In this document: positions 41,652-51,173 of the stretch, in pieces
How the letters are laid out: every line of letters begins with the position of its first letter
How positions within the stretch are numbered: the stretch's first letter is position 1
Assembly (NCBI GenBank): GCA_965226555.1
Contig: CBDDDG010000022.1
Span: 128,001-192,000, forward strand
DNA: 64,000 nt
Reading direction: 5' to 3'
Origin: Salinispira sp.
Lineage (GTDB): Bacteria; Spirochaetota; Spirochaetia; DSM-27196; Salinispiraceae
The notes under the pieces: model-generated
Database searches by the model: none
Seen by the model: the letters and a program-made list of their open reading frames with translations, nothing else
What the model was told of the DNA's origin: nothing
Program-made: the position numbers and the translations under genes

Positions 41652-42550
41652 TGACCAGTACGTATGATATTCTAAAAGAGCACCATGGAAAAACGTATGA
41701 TGAACTCAGGCAAAAATACTTGCGTGCGTTCGCAAAACATACAAAGAGAAATGTCATTGTTTATTATTCCGGCTGGCTCCAGAAACCTAATGCGCCTGAT
41801 AGTGAAGTGAATGATAGTGATAAAAACAGATTCATGGCAGTTATTCATGGGCTGGAGAGAGACAAAGGACTTGATCTTTTTCTTCATACACCGGGCGGGG
41901 ACATAGCGGCTACTGAATCACTCATTGATTATCTCAGAGCAATGTTTGATGATGATATTCGTGTGTTCATTCCTCAACTTGCCATGTCAGCCGGTACCAT
42001 GATCGCGTGCGCCGCAAAGGTTATTTTTATGGGGAAGCACTCAAGCCTTGGTCCGATAGATCCGCAACTAAAAGGCGGCATGCCAGCTCATGGAATTATT
42101 GAAGAATTTAACACCGCTTATGAAGAAATTAAAAAAGATCAAGCAAAAATTCCCGTTTGGCAACCCATACTTGCAAAGTATCCGCCTACCCTCATTGGTG
42201 AATGCGAAAAAGCGATTACGTGGTCAAATACTATAGTGGGAGATTGCTTAAAAACCGGTATGTTCCGAAATATGAAGGACAAAGAATCCAGAGATGAAAA
42301 AATAGACGAAATTTTAAATAAACTTGGAGATCATGCATTAACATTGTCTCACAGCAGACATCTTTCTGCGTCTACATGCAAAGCAATGGGCTTGGAAATA
42401 GAAATGCTGGAAGATGATCATAGCCTTCAAGAAAAAGTTCTTTCTGTGCATCATGTTTGTATGCATAATTTATCATCCACAACTGTATGCAAATTAATTG
42501 CAAACCATAAAGGAAAAGCAGTTATCCAGCGGCTGCTAATGCCCTCATGA
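41651..42550 (+). CDS. ClpP-fold serine protease (SDH/S49-like)
   Basis: 'DLFLHTPGGDIAATESL', 'AMSAGTMIA', 'SSLGPIDPQ', 'SHSRHL'. Confidence 0.88.
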   Translation: MTSTYDILKEHHGKTYDELRQKYLRAFAKHTKRNVIVYYSGWLQKPNAPDSEVNDSDKNRFMAVIHGLERDKGLDLFLHTPGGDIAATESLIDYLRAMFDDDIRVFIPQLAMSAGTMIACAAKVIFMGKHSSLGPIDPQLKGGMPAHGIIEEFNTAYEEIKKDQAKIPVWQPILAKYPPTLIGECEKAITWSNTIVGDCLKTGMFRNMKDKESRDEKIDEILNKLGDHALTLSHSRHLSASTCKAMGLEIEMLEDDHSLQEKVLSVHHVCMHNLSSTTVCKLIANHKGKAVIQRLLMPS

Positions 42551-43446
42551 ATAAGCACATGAAAAACCCTGTTCTCCGAATAGTCCTCCGAATAATCGGG
42601 CTGCTCACGCTGGCGCTGCTGCTGTTTGTGGCAGCCGTCATTGTAACAGGACTAATCGATGCCTTCGCGGGCGTCGGGTCGCGTGAGTTTTATTCCCCCG
42701 ATGTCACCTTTGCTCGTTTTTACCCGCCCGGCGTTTCGGCGCAGGGCGCTGCGACAGAACAGGGCGCGCCGACACAGCAGCGCGCCGCGCCGACACAGCA
42801 GCGCGCCGCCCCGGCAGAGCGGTATCCGGCAGTACTGCTCATTCATGAATGGTGGGGGCTGAATGCCGAACATCTGGAGAAGGCGCGGGCGCTGGCGCAG
42901 GAGGGCTATGTTGTCTATGCGCCCGATGCTCACGGCGGACGTTTGGCGGAAACTGTTCCGGGCGGCATCATGCTTATGATGACCCGTCGGGACGCCGAGA
43001 TATTTGCTGACATTGATGCGGCGTATCAGGCAATGCTCAATGATCCAGCGGTTGACAGTACTCGTACCGCAGTGGCGGGTTTCTGCTTTGGCGGGAGGCA
43101 GGCAATGTACTTCGGGGTGCGCAACAGCATGCCCGCGGCAACAGCCGCCTTTTACGGCAGCGGTCTCATTACTGACCCGGCAGACATGGGCTTCCTTGGA
43201 GAGGGCGGGCCGGTGCTCGGCATTTTTGGAGAGGAGGATAGTTCCATTCCTCTGGAAGAGGTTGAGCTGTTCAGGGCAGCGCTTGAGAGCCGGGGAGCCG
43301 ATTATCGGCAATATATTTATGGAGATGTCGGCCATGCCTTTGTAAAGGCCGACAATCTGTATACACCGGGGCCATGGTCGGAGGCATGGCAGGAGTTTCT
43401 GCGCTTTCTTTCAGAGACCCTCGCCCCGCCGCCATCCACACCCTGA
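42547..43446 (+). CDS. Dienelactone hydrolase family protein with N-terminal membrane anchor
   Basis: 'HEWWGLN', nucleophile 'GFCFGG', 'GHAF'. Confidence 0.92.
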   Translation: MNKHMKNPVLRIVLRIIGLLTLALLLFVAAVIVTGLIDAFAGVGSREFYSPDVTFARFYPPGVSAQGAATEQGAPTQQRAAPTQQRAAPAERYPAVLLIHEWWGLNAEHLEKARALAQEGYVVYAPDAHGGRLAETVPGGIMLMMTRRDAEIFADIDAAYQAMLNDPAVDSTRTAVAGFCFGGRQAMYFGVRNSMPAATAAFYGSGLITDPADMGFLGEGGPVLGIFGEEDSSIPLEEVELFRAALESRGADYRQYIYGDVGHAFVKADNLYTPGPWSEAWQEFLRFLSETLAPPPSTP

Positions 43447-43545
43447 CTATCCGGCAGGGTTTCATCGCCATCATCATTCTCATTGCATCGCCATCATCAT
43501 TCTGATCGGCTTGACTTTCGGGCATGGTTGCGGTATTTTCGGAGC

Positions 43546-45846
43546 ATGAAAAAGCGTTTAATTACCAGTGCCCTTCCTTATGTCAACAATATACCGCATC
43601 TTGGTAATCTGATTCAGGTTCTGTCGGCGGATGTTTTTGCCCGATTTTGCCGGCTCCGATCCTATGAAACCCTGTATGTCTGCGGTTCCGATGAATACGG
43701 TACTGCGACAGAAACGCGGGCGCGGGAAGAGGGGCTAAGCCCCCGGGAGCTTTGCGACCGTAATCATCAAATTCATAAAGATATTTACAGCTGGTTCAAT
43801 ATCAATTTCGATTATTACGGCCGCACCGCAACAGAATTTCAAACCCGCATAGTTCAGGATATTTTCCTCAGGGTCAAAGAAGCCGGTTACATTACGCAAC
43901 GCACAATAAAACAGCTATACTCCGAAAAAAGCGGCATGTTCCTTGCCGACCGTTATGTGAAGGGCGAGTGTCCGCATTGTCATTATGATGATGCCCGAGG
44001 CGATCAGTGTGAGAACTGCGGCAAACTCCTCGATCCTGAGCAGCTCATTAATCCTCTGAGTATTGTCGATAATTCAACTCCCATCCTCAGGGAAACAACA
44101 CATTTTTATATCAATCTGCCGAAAATTCTCCCCCTTCTGGAGAAATGGCTCTCTCAGACTGCCGAAAAGGGACGCTGGGCGAGAAATGCCGTCAATATGA
44201 CGCGCGCCTGGATCCGCGACGGCCTGAAGGAGCGGGCAATTACCCGTGACCTGAAATGGGGCATTCCGCTTCCCCTTGAGGGTTTTGAAGATAAGGTCTT
44301 CTATGTGTGGTTCGATGCTCCCATCGGCTACATCTCCATAAGCGCCGATTATGCAGCGCAGCGCGGAGAACCTGAATTGTGGAAAAAATGGTGGCAGAAT
44401 CCTGATGAAGTGGAACTTTTTCAGTTTATCGGCAAGGATAACATTCCCTTTCATACCGTTATTTTTCCATCCACACTGCTGACCGATGGCCGTTCATGGA
44501 CCATGCTCCACCATATGAGCAGCACAGAATATATGAATTACGAAGAGGGCAAATTTTCCAAGAGTAAGGGAGTGGGGGTGTTCGGCAACGATGCCCGAGA
44601 AACCGGTATTCCTGCCGATGTCTGGCGTTTCTCCATATTTTATAACAGGCCTGAAACCGGCGATTATATGTTCACCTGGAAGGATTTTCAGGAAGCAACA
44701 AACAAGGAGCTCATTGGGAATCTTGCGAATCTGGTAAACAGAACACTGCGCTTCAGTCTTCGTTTTTTTGAAGGCAGGGTAGCGCTGCCCACTATGAATG
44801 ACCCGAATACCGAGGTGTTCTGGAAGGAAGTTCGGCGCCGGGAGGCTGAAATTACCGCCTGTTTGGAGTGGGCGGAGCTCAAGGATGCCCTCCGTAAAAT
44901 TCTTGCCCTGGCCGATTACGGCAACAAGGTTTTTCAGGAATCGGAGCCATGGAAATTGCGCAACAGCGATCCTGAAGAAGCCCAGCACCTGCTTTCGAAC
45001 CTCATCTACCTCATACGCGATATTGCCATTCTCGTACAGCCCTACATTCCAGAAACGGCTGCCCGAATCGCCTCCTTTCTGGGGGCTGACATTGGACGCT
45101 GGGACTATCTCGCCTCCTTCAATGATGATCTGGGCATCAGGAATCCGGAAATTCTCTTTCAGAATTTGGATGATGATCTCATTGACGCGATGCGCGCCCG
45201 CTTTTCCGGCAATCAGTCCGAGCGGAGCGATCAGGGAGCGCAGGCAGGGCGCGCTCAGGCAGGGCAGGCTGCCGCTGAAAAACCGGTGAAGAAAACATTA
45301 TCGAAGCGGGAGCGCATTCGGGAGGAAGATGCTGATATGAGCCTTCCCGAACGTTTCGCGAAGCGTGTTGAACTGCGGGTTGCGAAAATTACTGCCGTTG
45401 AGCGGCATCCTAATGCAGAAAAACTCTATGTTGCGACCCTCAATGATGGACGGGATGAACCCCGTACAATCGTATCGGGTCTTGTTCCGAATTATCGGGA
45501 AAGTGAACTGCTGAACCGCAATATCGTGCTTGTCGCGAATCTCAAGGCCGCAAAGTTCAGGGGACTGCGATCCAATGGCATGCTTCTTGCTGTCAGCAAA
45601 GATGAAACTATTGATGTTATTTTCGCAGATCATGCGCAGCCCGGCGATCGGGTTCTGCCGTCCAATGATGAATCGTCCAAAGAAGCAGCAGATGAAATGG
45701 CAGAAAGAGATACCATTGATATTGATACCTTTTTCGACATGCCCCTGCGCGCGGAGAACTACCGAATTATGGTCGGCAATGTGCCCTTGAAGGCTGCAGG
45801 GAAGCTCCTGTGTTCAGAAAAGATCGCCGATGGACAGGTCGGATAA
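43546..45846 (+). CDS. metG: Methionine--tRNA ligase
   Basis: 'ITSALPYVNNIPHLGN', zinc knuckle, 'KFSKS', C-terminal tRNA-binding OB domain. Confidence 0.98.
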   Translation: MKKRLITSALPYVNNIPHLGNLIQVLSADVFARFCRLRSYETLYVCGSDEYGTATETRAREEGLSPRELCDRNHQIHKDIYSWFNINFDYYGRTATEFQTRIVQDIFLRVKEAGYITQRTIKQLYSEKSGMFLADRYVKGECPHCHYDDARGDQCENCGKLLDPEQLINPLSIVDNSTPILRETTHFYINLPKILPLLEKWLSQTAEKGRWARNAVNMTRAWIRDGLKERAITRDLKWGIPLPLEGFEDKVFYVWFDAPIGYISISADYAAQRGEPELWKKWWQNPDEVELFQFIGKDNIPFHTVIFPSTLLTDGRSWTMLHHMSSTEYMNYEEGKFSKSKGVGVFGNDARETGIPADVWRFSIFYNRPETGDYMFTWKDFQEATNKELIGNLANLVNRTLRFSLRFFEGRVALPTMNDPNTEVFWKEVRRREAEITACLEWAELKDALRKILALADYGNKVFQESEPWKLRNSDPEEAQHLLSNLIYLIRDIAILVQPYIPETAARIASFLGADIGRWDYLASFNDDLGIRNPEILFQNLDDDLIDAMRARFSGNQSERSDQGAQAGRAQAGQAAAEKPVKKTLSKRERIREEDADMSLPERFAKRVELRVAKITAVERHPNAEKLYVATLNDGRDEPRTIVSGLVPNYRESELLNRNIVLVANLKAAKFRGLRSNGMLLAVSKDETIDVIFADHAQPGDRVLPSNDESSKEAADEMAERDTIDIDTFFDMPLRAENYRIMVGNVPLKAAGKLLCSEKIADGQVG

Positions 45847-46960
45847 TATCGGAAGGTCAGATAGGATCGTGGATGCCTGCGATTTTGAGGTTTCTGAAAG
45901 CGATCTTGAGGCTCTGGAAGATGCCGATGCCTTTCTTCAAAGCGCGGACTGGGCACGGCAGAAAGCCCGCTTTGGCTGGACTCCCCGCGTCTTCGTTGTC
46001 GGACTGCCTGCGCAGGGCGCGCTGCCGAAGTTCCCGATTCTGGTGTTGCTGCGCAGGATCGGTATATTCCACATTGCCTACATACCTCATGCGCCCTCTC
46101 TTGAGCATACTATTCAGAGCCGGTTAGGCCCTCCGCATTTTCTGGAATGCCTTGGAAAAAAACTCAGTTTCAGTGTGCCCGAACTCACCTTTATCCGCTT
46201 CGATTTAAACTGGGATATCAGAAAATGCGCCGGTTCGGAACTGAAGCAATCGCATCTGAAAAAATCTCCGGTATCCATTCAGCCGCCCGATACCGTTATT
46301 CTTCCCATTTCGGCGGCGCGCTTCAGCGAAGATGACCTGCTCGGGCGCATGAAATCCAAGACCCGCTACAACATCCGCTTAGCGGCGCGGAAGGGCGTCA
46401 TTGTCCGGCGGACAGAACGCCGTCATTATGAAGTTCCGCCCGAATTAGAGGCATGGTACGCTCTCTACAAAATTACCGAAAAGCGAAACCGCATTTCACT
46501 CCATTCCTTTGCGTACTATGCGCATCTCTTCTCGCTCATGAAAGATGAGGAATGCCGATTGTATCTGGCGCGGCACGATAACGATCTTCTGGCCGGTATT
46601 ATCGTTATCCGCTACAGGAAGCAGGGATACTATCTGTACGGCGCAAGTTCAGATAGTAAACGGAATTTCATGCCTGCCTACGCCCTTCAGTGGCAGGCCA
46701 TCTGCGATCTGCGGAGCGAGGGTGTGGAGTGTTACGATTTTTTCGGCATTCCCGCGCAGGCCGAAGTCGGGCATCCCATGTTCGGGCTCCATCAGTTCAA
46801 AACAGGCTTTGGCGGCGACATTGTCCATTATCCCGGAACCTGGGATATCCCCTGTAAGCATATCCTGTATTTTCTGTATACAGTAATGGAAAGAGCCCGC
46901 GCAGCTGTGAACGGGCTTATCAAAAAACGGTCGGTTCTTAATCTTTCCAAGGGAAAATGA
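45830..46960 (+). CDS. FemAB/FemX peptidoglycan peptidyltransferase
   Basis: 'FLQSADWA', 'MKSKTRYNIRLA', 'YLYGASS', 'YDFFGIP', 'FKTGFGG'. Confidence 0.92.
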   Translation: MDRSDNIGRSDRIVDACDFEVSESDLEALEDADAFLQSADWARQKARFGWTPRVFVVGLPAQGALPKFPILVLLRRIGIFHIAYIPHAPSLEHTIQSRLGPPHFLECLGKKLSFSVPELTFIRFDLNWDIRKCAGSELKQSHLKKSPVSIQPPDTVILPISAARFSEDDLLGRMKSKTRYNIRLAARKGVIVRRTERRHYEVPPELEAWYALYKITEKRNRISLHSFAYYAHLFSLMKDEECRLYLARHDNDLLAGIIVIRYRKQGYYLYGASSDSKRNFMPAYALQWQAICDLRSEGVECYDFFGIPAQAEVGHPMFGLHQFKTGFGGDIVHYPGTWDIPCKHILYFLYTVMERARAAVNGLIKKRSVLNLSKGK

Positions 46961-47714
46961 TCCCCTTCAGGCTGCGGGAACCAACGCGCTGGCTGTCTTC
47001 GTATATGAGCGACTGCCACGGGATGCGGCGGCGTGAAGCTCCGGGGTTTTCTTCCAGATAATCATATTTATATAGCCGGAGTTTACAGGCGACCTGTCCA
47101 AAGAGGATTACCCCTGCCGGACCGAAGAGCAGAAAGGCAGTAAATCCTGAAAGAATAAGCATAATGACTGAGCACAGAAATGTGGAGATGGTAAAGAGGG
47201 GGTTATCAAGAAAAATAATAAACATTTTGCGCAGAATTTTCCCCGGCCGCTTATCTAATTGCGCCGCTATGGGAAAGTAGTACTGCATTGCGAGGGTAAG
47301 TAGTATGAGTGTCCAGAACATACATATAAAGGCGATTATCCCGAAGATATTGTCCACAGCTCCGTAAAAGGGCAGCACAACCAATGCAAGGAAGAATATG
47401 AGCGCCCACAGGCCTGCGTAAAGCAGTCCATACGGCAGACCCGCCCGAAGAAAGGTAAAAAACTGCCGCGGTTCAGGTGTTCGGTATTGGACAATTTCGT
47501 TGATGTATAATGATGCTGCCGATGTAAGGATTCCCAGCCAGAGAATTCCCGCAATGAGTATGATGAGTGAAACAGGAATGCTGGCCGATATTGTCCATGC
47601 GGGAATGCCGATGGGAATGAGAAGTGAAAAAATAAAGACAATATTGATAATGGTACAATGGAAAAAATGATCCCAGTAATCGAAAAACCATTTTTTGATC
47701 ATAAATGCGAACAT
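46938..47714 (-). CDS. Conserved hypothetical integral membrane protein
   Basis: 258 aa, about 6 TM segments; 'IKKWFFDYWD', C-terminal 'GIIFPWKD'. Confidence 0.8.
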   Translation of the reverse strand: MFAFMIKKWFFDYWDHFFHCTIINIVFIFSLLIPIGIPAWTISASIPVSLIILIAGILWLGILTSAASLYINEIVQYRTPEPRQFFTFLRAGLPYGLLYAGLWALIFFLALVVLPFYGAVDNIFGIIAFICMFWTLILLTLAMQYYFPIAAQLDKRPGKILRKMFIIFLDNPLFTISTFLCSVIMLILSGFTAFLLFGPAGVILFGQVACKLRLYKYDYLEENPGASRRRIPWQSLIYEDSQRVGSRSLKGIIFPWKD

Positions 47715-47786
47715 GCTGGTATGATACCAGAACGTTTTACGTTATGCAAAAGGTTCTCCTATCAGCATTGGCAGGCTGCGCGAGGG

Positions 47787-48148
47787 TCAGGGACGCGGGC
47801 GCGCCTGAGTGGCTAAGTCGTAAGCAAGGATTTTTCCAGAACCGCCCACCCACATTGTTGTTCCATCCGAAAAGATATCGGTAATTTTCTCATTCGCGGC
47901 GGCAAGAACAAGGAAATCGTCTCTGTAATTATCTTGGGAATTATATCCGCGCGCGTTATATCCGTACAGGTCATATTGACCTCCGGTATCCCGATGAATG
48001 CCGGCGTCATTAAATCCTCTTGCATCATACATTTCGCAGGCGGTGAGTATGAGTATGAGGGAAAAAATGAAAAGGAGGCCCCGCAGCTTCGGGCTTCGAA
48101 AATGGTTCCTGCGGTTTAGGCTATGTTCGGGGGGGGGGGGATCATCAT
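47787..48148 (-). CDS. Mini-lipoprotein, internally collapsed paralogue of 37327..38775; out of frame at a C12 tract after the start codon
   Basis: 47811-47986 is nearly identical to two separate parts of the 37327 gene. The upstream frame gives a signal peptide and lipobox ILTAC. AAGGA SD + ATG ATG AT(C12) is in frame only with C10 or C13. Confidence 0.7.
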
Positions 48149-48163
48149 ATAATTACATCCTTA

Positions 48164-48210
48164 TAGAAAACTTTGCATTTTGCAAAACTTTCTTATAGAA
48201 AACTTTCTTA
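48164..48210. repeat. Dispersed palindromic element, short form plus partial copy
   Basis: TAGAAAACTTTGC-ATTTT-GCAAAACTTTCTTATAGAAAACTTTC. Confidence 0.75.
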
Positions 48211-48391
48211 TATCTATACTAATGCAAAGAATTGATAATTGCAAACATATTTCCGCAATATCGGCAAATTCTCCTGAATTCCATAAAAATTCGCTCATAT
48301 CAGCGCCCTGAGCAACCATCACCATCACCATCAGCATCCATCAGCGCCAGCATCCATCAGCGATCCGAGCAAGCATCTCTCAGCGCCAGCG

Positions 48392-49750
48392 CTACTGCCC
48401 TTCATGCGTCCAGAGTCCGAGGGCGGGGTCTTGTATGAAAAAGAACTCTTTGCCGTCCCTGTCATAATGCCGACCCTGCTCCCGATGTTCGGGGTCAAAG
48501 CGGGTCATTGCCTCCGCCGGATCGAGGAAGGTGTAGGATGCCGATTCAATTTCGGTTCTGCTGAGATGTCCCGGGGCGTAGGTTATGGAGAAGCGCCCTT
48601 CGCTTGAGCCGTGAATGAGATGCGCTGCCGCGCTCAGGTTGTTGCGCAATTCCTCATGCTGATGCAGCGCTTCGAGAATGCCGTCTTGTCCCCGGTATCC
48701 GAAGCGCCGGATGAGGGCGTCAATGTCTCTGTCTTCTCCGAAGTTCCGCAGGCCCGGCGCTATGATGATGAGCTCGCCCCCGGCGCGCATTGCCATTCGT
48801 GTGCGGTAGATCGCCTTGTTGCCGATCCATGTGCTGCGGTATTTTCGGGGGTCAAGGTAGACAACGGCGCGTTCGAGGGGTTCCGGCAGGGTGCTGATAT
48901 TCACCTGTCGGCTGAGCTCGGCTGCGCGCTCAAAGCATTCGTATCCATCGCCAATAAACAAGCCGCGCAGACAGACAGGATCGCTCCGTCCATGAAGATC
49001 GCTCCCAATATCAGGATCGCTCCGTCCATGAAGATTGCTCCCTGCGTCAGGATTTTTCCGCTCGGCGGGGCCCAGCACGGTGAGCACGTAGATAATTGGC
49101 GGCAGCTTGTCTGCGAAGTGATCGCTTGCGTAGTTCAGCGCCCGCCGCACAGGGGTGTCAATGCGTCCCATAATGCTTTCCATGCCGCAGACGGCGCCGA
49201 GAAAATGCGAGCGGTGAATGATATCCGCTCCGCCGGTGCCGATGAATATGTTTTTGTTATGATTGGCGAATCCAACGATTTCATGGGGAACAACCTGTCC
49301 GATGGAGAAGATGAGATCGAAGCCGCCGTCAACAAGCATGCTGTTAATGTGAACCGGCCAGTCATAATTGAGCCGGTTTCCTGAAATTTCCCGGATGTAG
49401 TTTGCCGGAATTTTGCCGAGCTCATGCAGATCGTGTTTCCAGTGATGTTCCCTGAATAAATTGTGATCAAGCCCGGGGTACATTGTGTGTATTTCATGCG
49501 GCGTCATGGGGGTGTGGGTGCCGAGGGCAGGGAGAATGGCGGTTAGTTTGTCGGCAAGCAGCGAGCGCAGGGCACGGGTGATGTCGCCGGCGCGGCTGTG
49601 CAGGCGGGTAATGTCGGGGGGGATGGCGAGCGCCCGCCGCGCCGATGCGCGCAGCCCGGTTTTGTTCAGGCAGGCGCTGAGTCCCTCAAAAATATCTTCT
49701 GTGCCGAGCGGCCGAGCGGGCGGCTGGCTGACGGCAGCGTAGTAGAGCAT
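48392..49750 (-). CDS. Lactate racemase (LarA) domain protein
   Basis: 'IPPDITR', 'PALGTH', 'VVPHEIVGF', 'WIGNKAIYRT'. Confidence 0.85.
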   Translation of the reverse strand: MLYYAAVSQPPARPLGTEDIFEGLSACLNKTGLRASARRALAIPPDITRLHSRAGDITRALRSLLADKLTAILPALGTHTPMTPHEIHTMYPGLDHNLFREHHWKHDLHELGKIPANYIREISGNRLNYDWPVHINSMLVDGGFDLIFSIGQVVPHEIVGFANHNKNIFIGTGGADIIHRSHFLGAVCGMESIMGRIDTPVRRALNYASDHFADKLPPIIYVLTVLGPAERKNPDAGSNLHGRSDPDIGSDLHGRSDPVCLRGLFIGDGYECFERAAELSRQVNISTLPEPLERAVVYLDPRKYRSTWIGNKAIYRTRMAMRAGGELIIIAPGLRNFGEDRDIDALIRRFGYRGQDGILEALHQHEELRNNLSAAAHLIHGSSEGRFSITYAPGHLSRTEIESASYTFLDPAEAMTRFDPEHREQGRHYDRDGKEFFFIQDPALGLWTHEGQ

Positions 49751-49823
49751 TGGTCATAGTATAGCCGGGCGGGGGCTGCGGCGCAATGGCAGCTGGAAGA
49801 CCGATACTTCAAGTATCGCATGG

Positions 49824-49853
49824 AGAAAGTTTTGCATTTTGCAAAACTTTCTA
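49824..49853. repeat. Dispersed palindromic element, short form (perfect arms)
   Basis: AGAAAGTTTTGC-ATTTT-GCAAAACTTTCT. Confidence 0.8.
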
Positions 49854-49895
49854 ATAGGTTTACTAGAACATTGCAACCAGTTGCGGCAACCAGGC

Positions 49896-51173
49896 CTATA
49901 AAATGCCTTTAAGCATGTCTATTGTTCGTTTGGGGTTCAGGCAATCAAATGGCAGCAGGTGCAATTTTTCACCTTCATGCGTATAGCTGATTTCGCGCTG
50001 TTCTGAAAATTCGTCTGTGAGCGGATAAAATAGAATGCCTCTGTGTATGTCGGGAGAAAAGTAGCGGATGTATGCAAAAAGTTGATACAGATCATTCCGC
50101 TTTACACCGTAATATTTGGCGTTTGGCTTCATGATTTTCCATTTCGCGTCCGCTACAATTTCTCCGTCTGACCCATTAGTCAGCAGAAAGTCGGGACGGA
50201 ACTCAAAAGATTTTCCAAATTCTCCTGAAACAAAATAGACTCCGCGCTTCTGCGGTTTAACGGAAATGCCGTTTTCTTTCAGTTCAGATTCTATGAGCAG
50301 TTCAAACAATGTATCCATTGAATACAAAAAGGCCAGCGGAAAGGATTTTACACCCTTTCCTGTTCCAATAGCGGTTATATGCTGAGCTTTGATGATCATT
50401 GACACGATGGGAAACACCCTTCGGTAATGATGCAGTTCTCTCCCGCCATCACCCCCGCCCCTTCTGCGCCAGGTGTCAAAGTCGGTCCGGGGATTCTCGG
50501 AAGCGGAGATATTGTCAAAATGAAACAGCAGGTTTTCTGCCCGATTCCTCAACTCCTCTGCAAAGGCAAAGCGCGCTATTTGCCTCAGGCAATACCGCAG
50601 GAGCCGGTTTTCGGCCCTGTTGTATTCATATTCCTGAAATTGACAGTGAATCGGAACGGCGAGCGCCTGCGTGGCCTGCCGGGTAAAATTAATTTTTCCA
50701 CGGACGCGCAAAAGCGGTTCCGCGTATTCATGGTATTCCCGCGCCAACCCCTTCTTCACCAGCGCGCCGCACTCATCAAGAAAAAGCGCGTACAGGGCAT
50801 CGTGCGGATTTTTCCAATTCCGAACAGACAGCGCTGCGCCCTGCGTTTTCAGTACCCGTATTTTTGCCCTGAAATACAGATTCAGCATATCCCTGAGAAG
50901 GTGTTGCGCCTGTTCACGCGAACCAATTTTCGGAAGAATTTGAATTGAGAGTCCGGTGGGCAGAACAATATTTCCCACCTGATTTTTGACAATGCGAAAC
51001 GTTTTTTTATGTGGGTTATATTTACAAATTTCTTGAATTTCATCGCTCGCAGATATCCATTCGCAGAGCGCGTCAAAATCTTTTTGTCCCTCAGCATCAC
51101 TCCCGCGACAGGCACTGAAATCCTCAAGCGAAAAATCATTCCACTCACGAACGAACAAAATGCAATTTTTCAT
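49896..51173 (-). CDS. mcrC: McrC-family restriction endonuclease subunit
   Basis: 'IQILPKI', 'ENRLL', 'RPDFLL...ADAKWK...DLYQLFAY'; ATGA-coupled to mcrB. Confidence 0.88.
   Translation of the reverse strand: MKNCILFVREWNDFSLEDFSACRGSDAEGQKDFDALCEWISASDEIQEICKYNPHKKTFRIVKNQVGNIVLPTGLSIQILPKIGSREQAQHLLRDMLNLYFRAKIRVLKTQGAALSVRNWKNPHDALYALFLDECGALVKKGLAREYHEYAEPLLRVRGKINFTRQATQALAVPIHCQFQEYEYNRAENRLLRYCLRQIARFAFAEELRNRAENLLFHFDNISASENPRTDFDTWRRRGGGDGGRELHHYRRVFPIVSMIIKAQHITAIGTGKGVKSFPLAFLYSMDTLFELLIESELKENGISVKPQKRGVYFVSGEFGKSFEFRPDFLLTNGSDGEIVADAKWKIMKPNAKYYGVKRNDLYQLFAYIRYFSPDIHRGILFYPLTDEFSEQREISYTHEGEKLHLLPFDCLNPKRTIDMLKGIL

Noticed and set aside
47787..48032. Diversity-generating retroelement template/variable repeat pair with 37327..38775
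   Set aside because: No reverse transcriptase in the window, the differences are not confined to adenines, and the relationship is explained by deletion between internal repeats.
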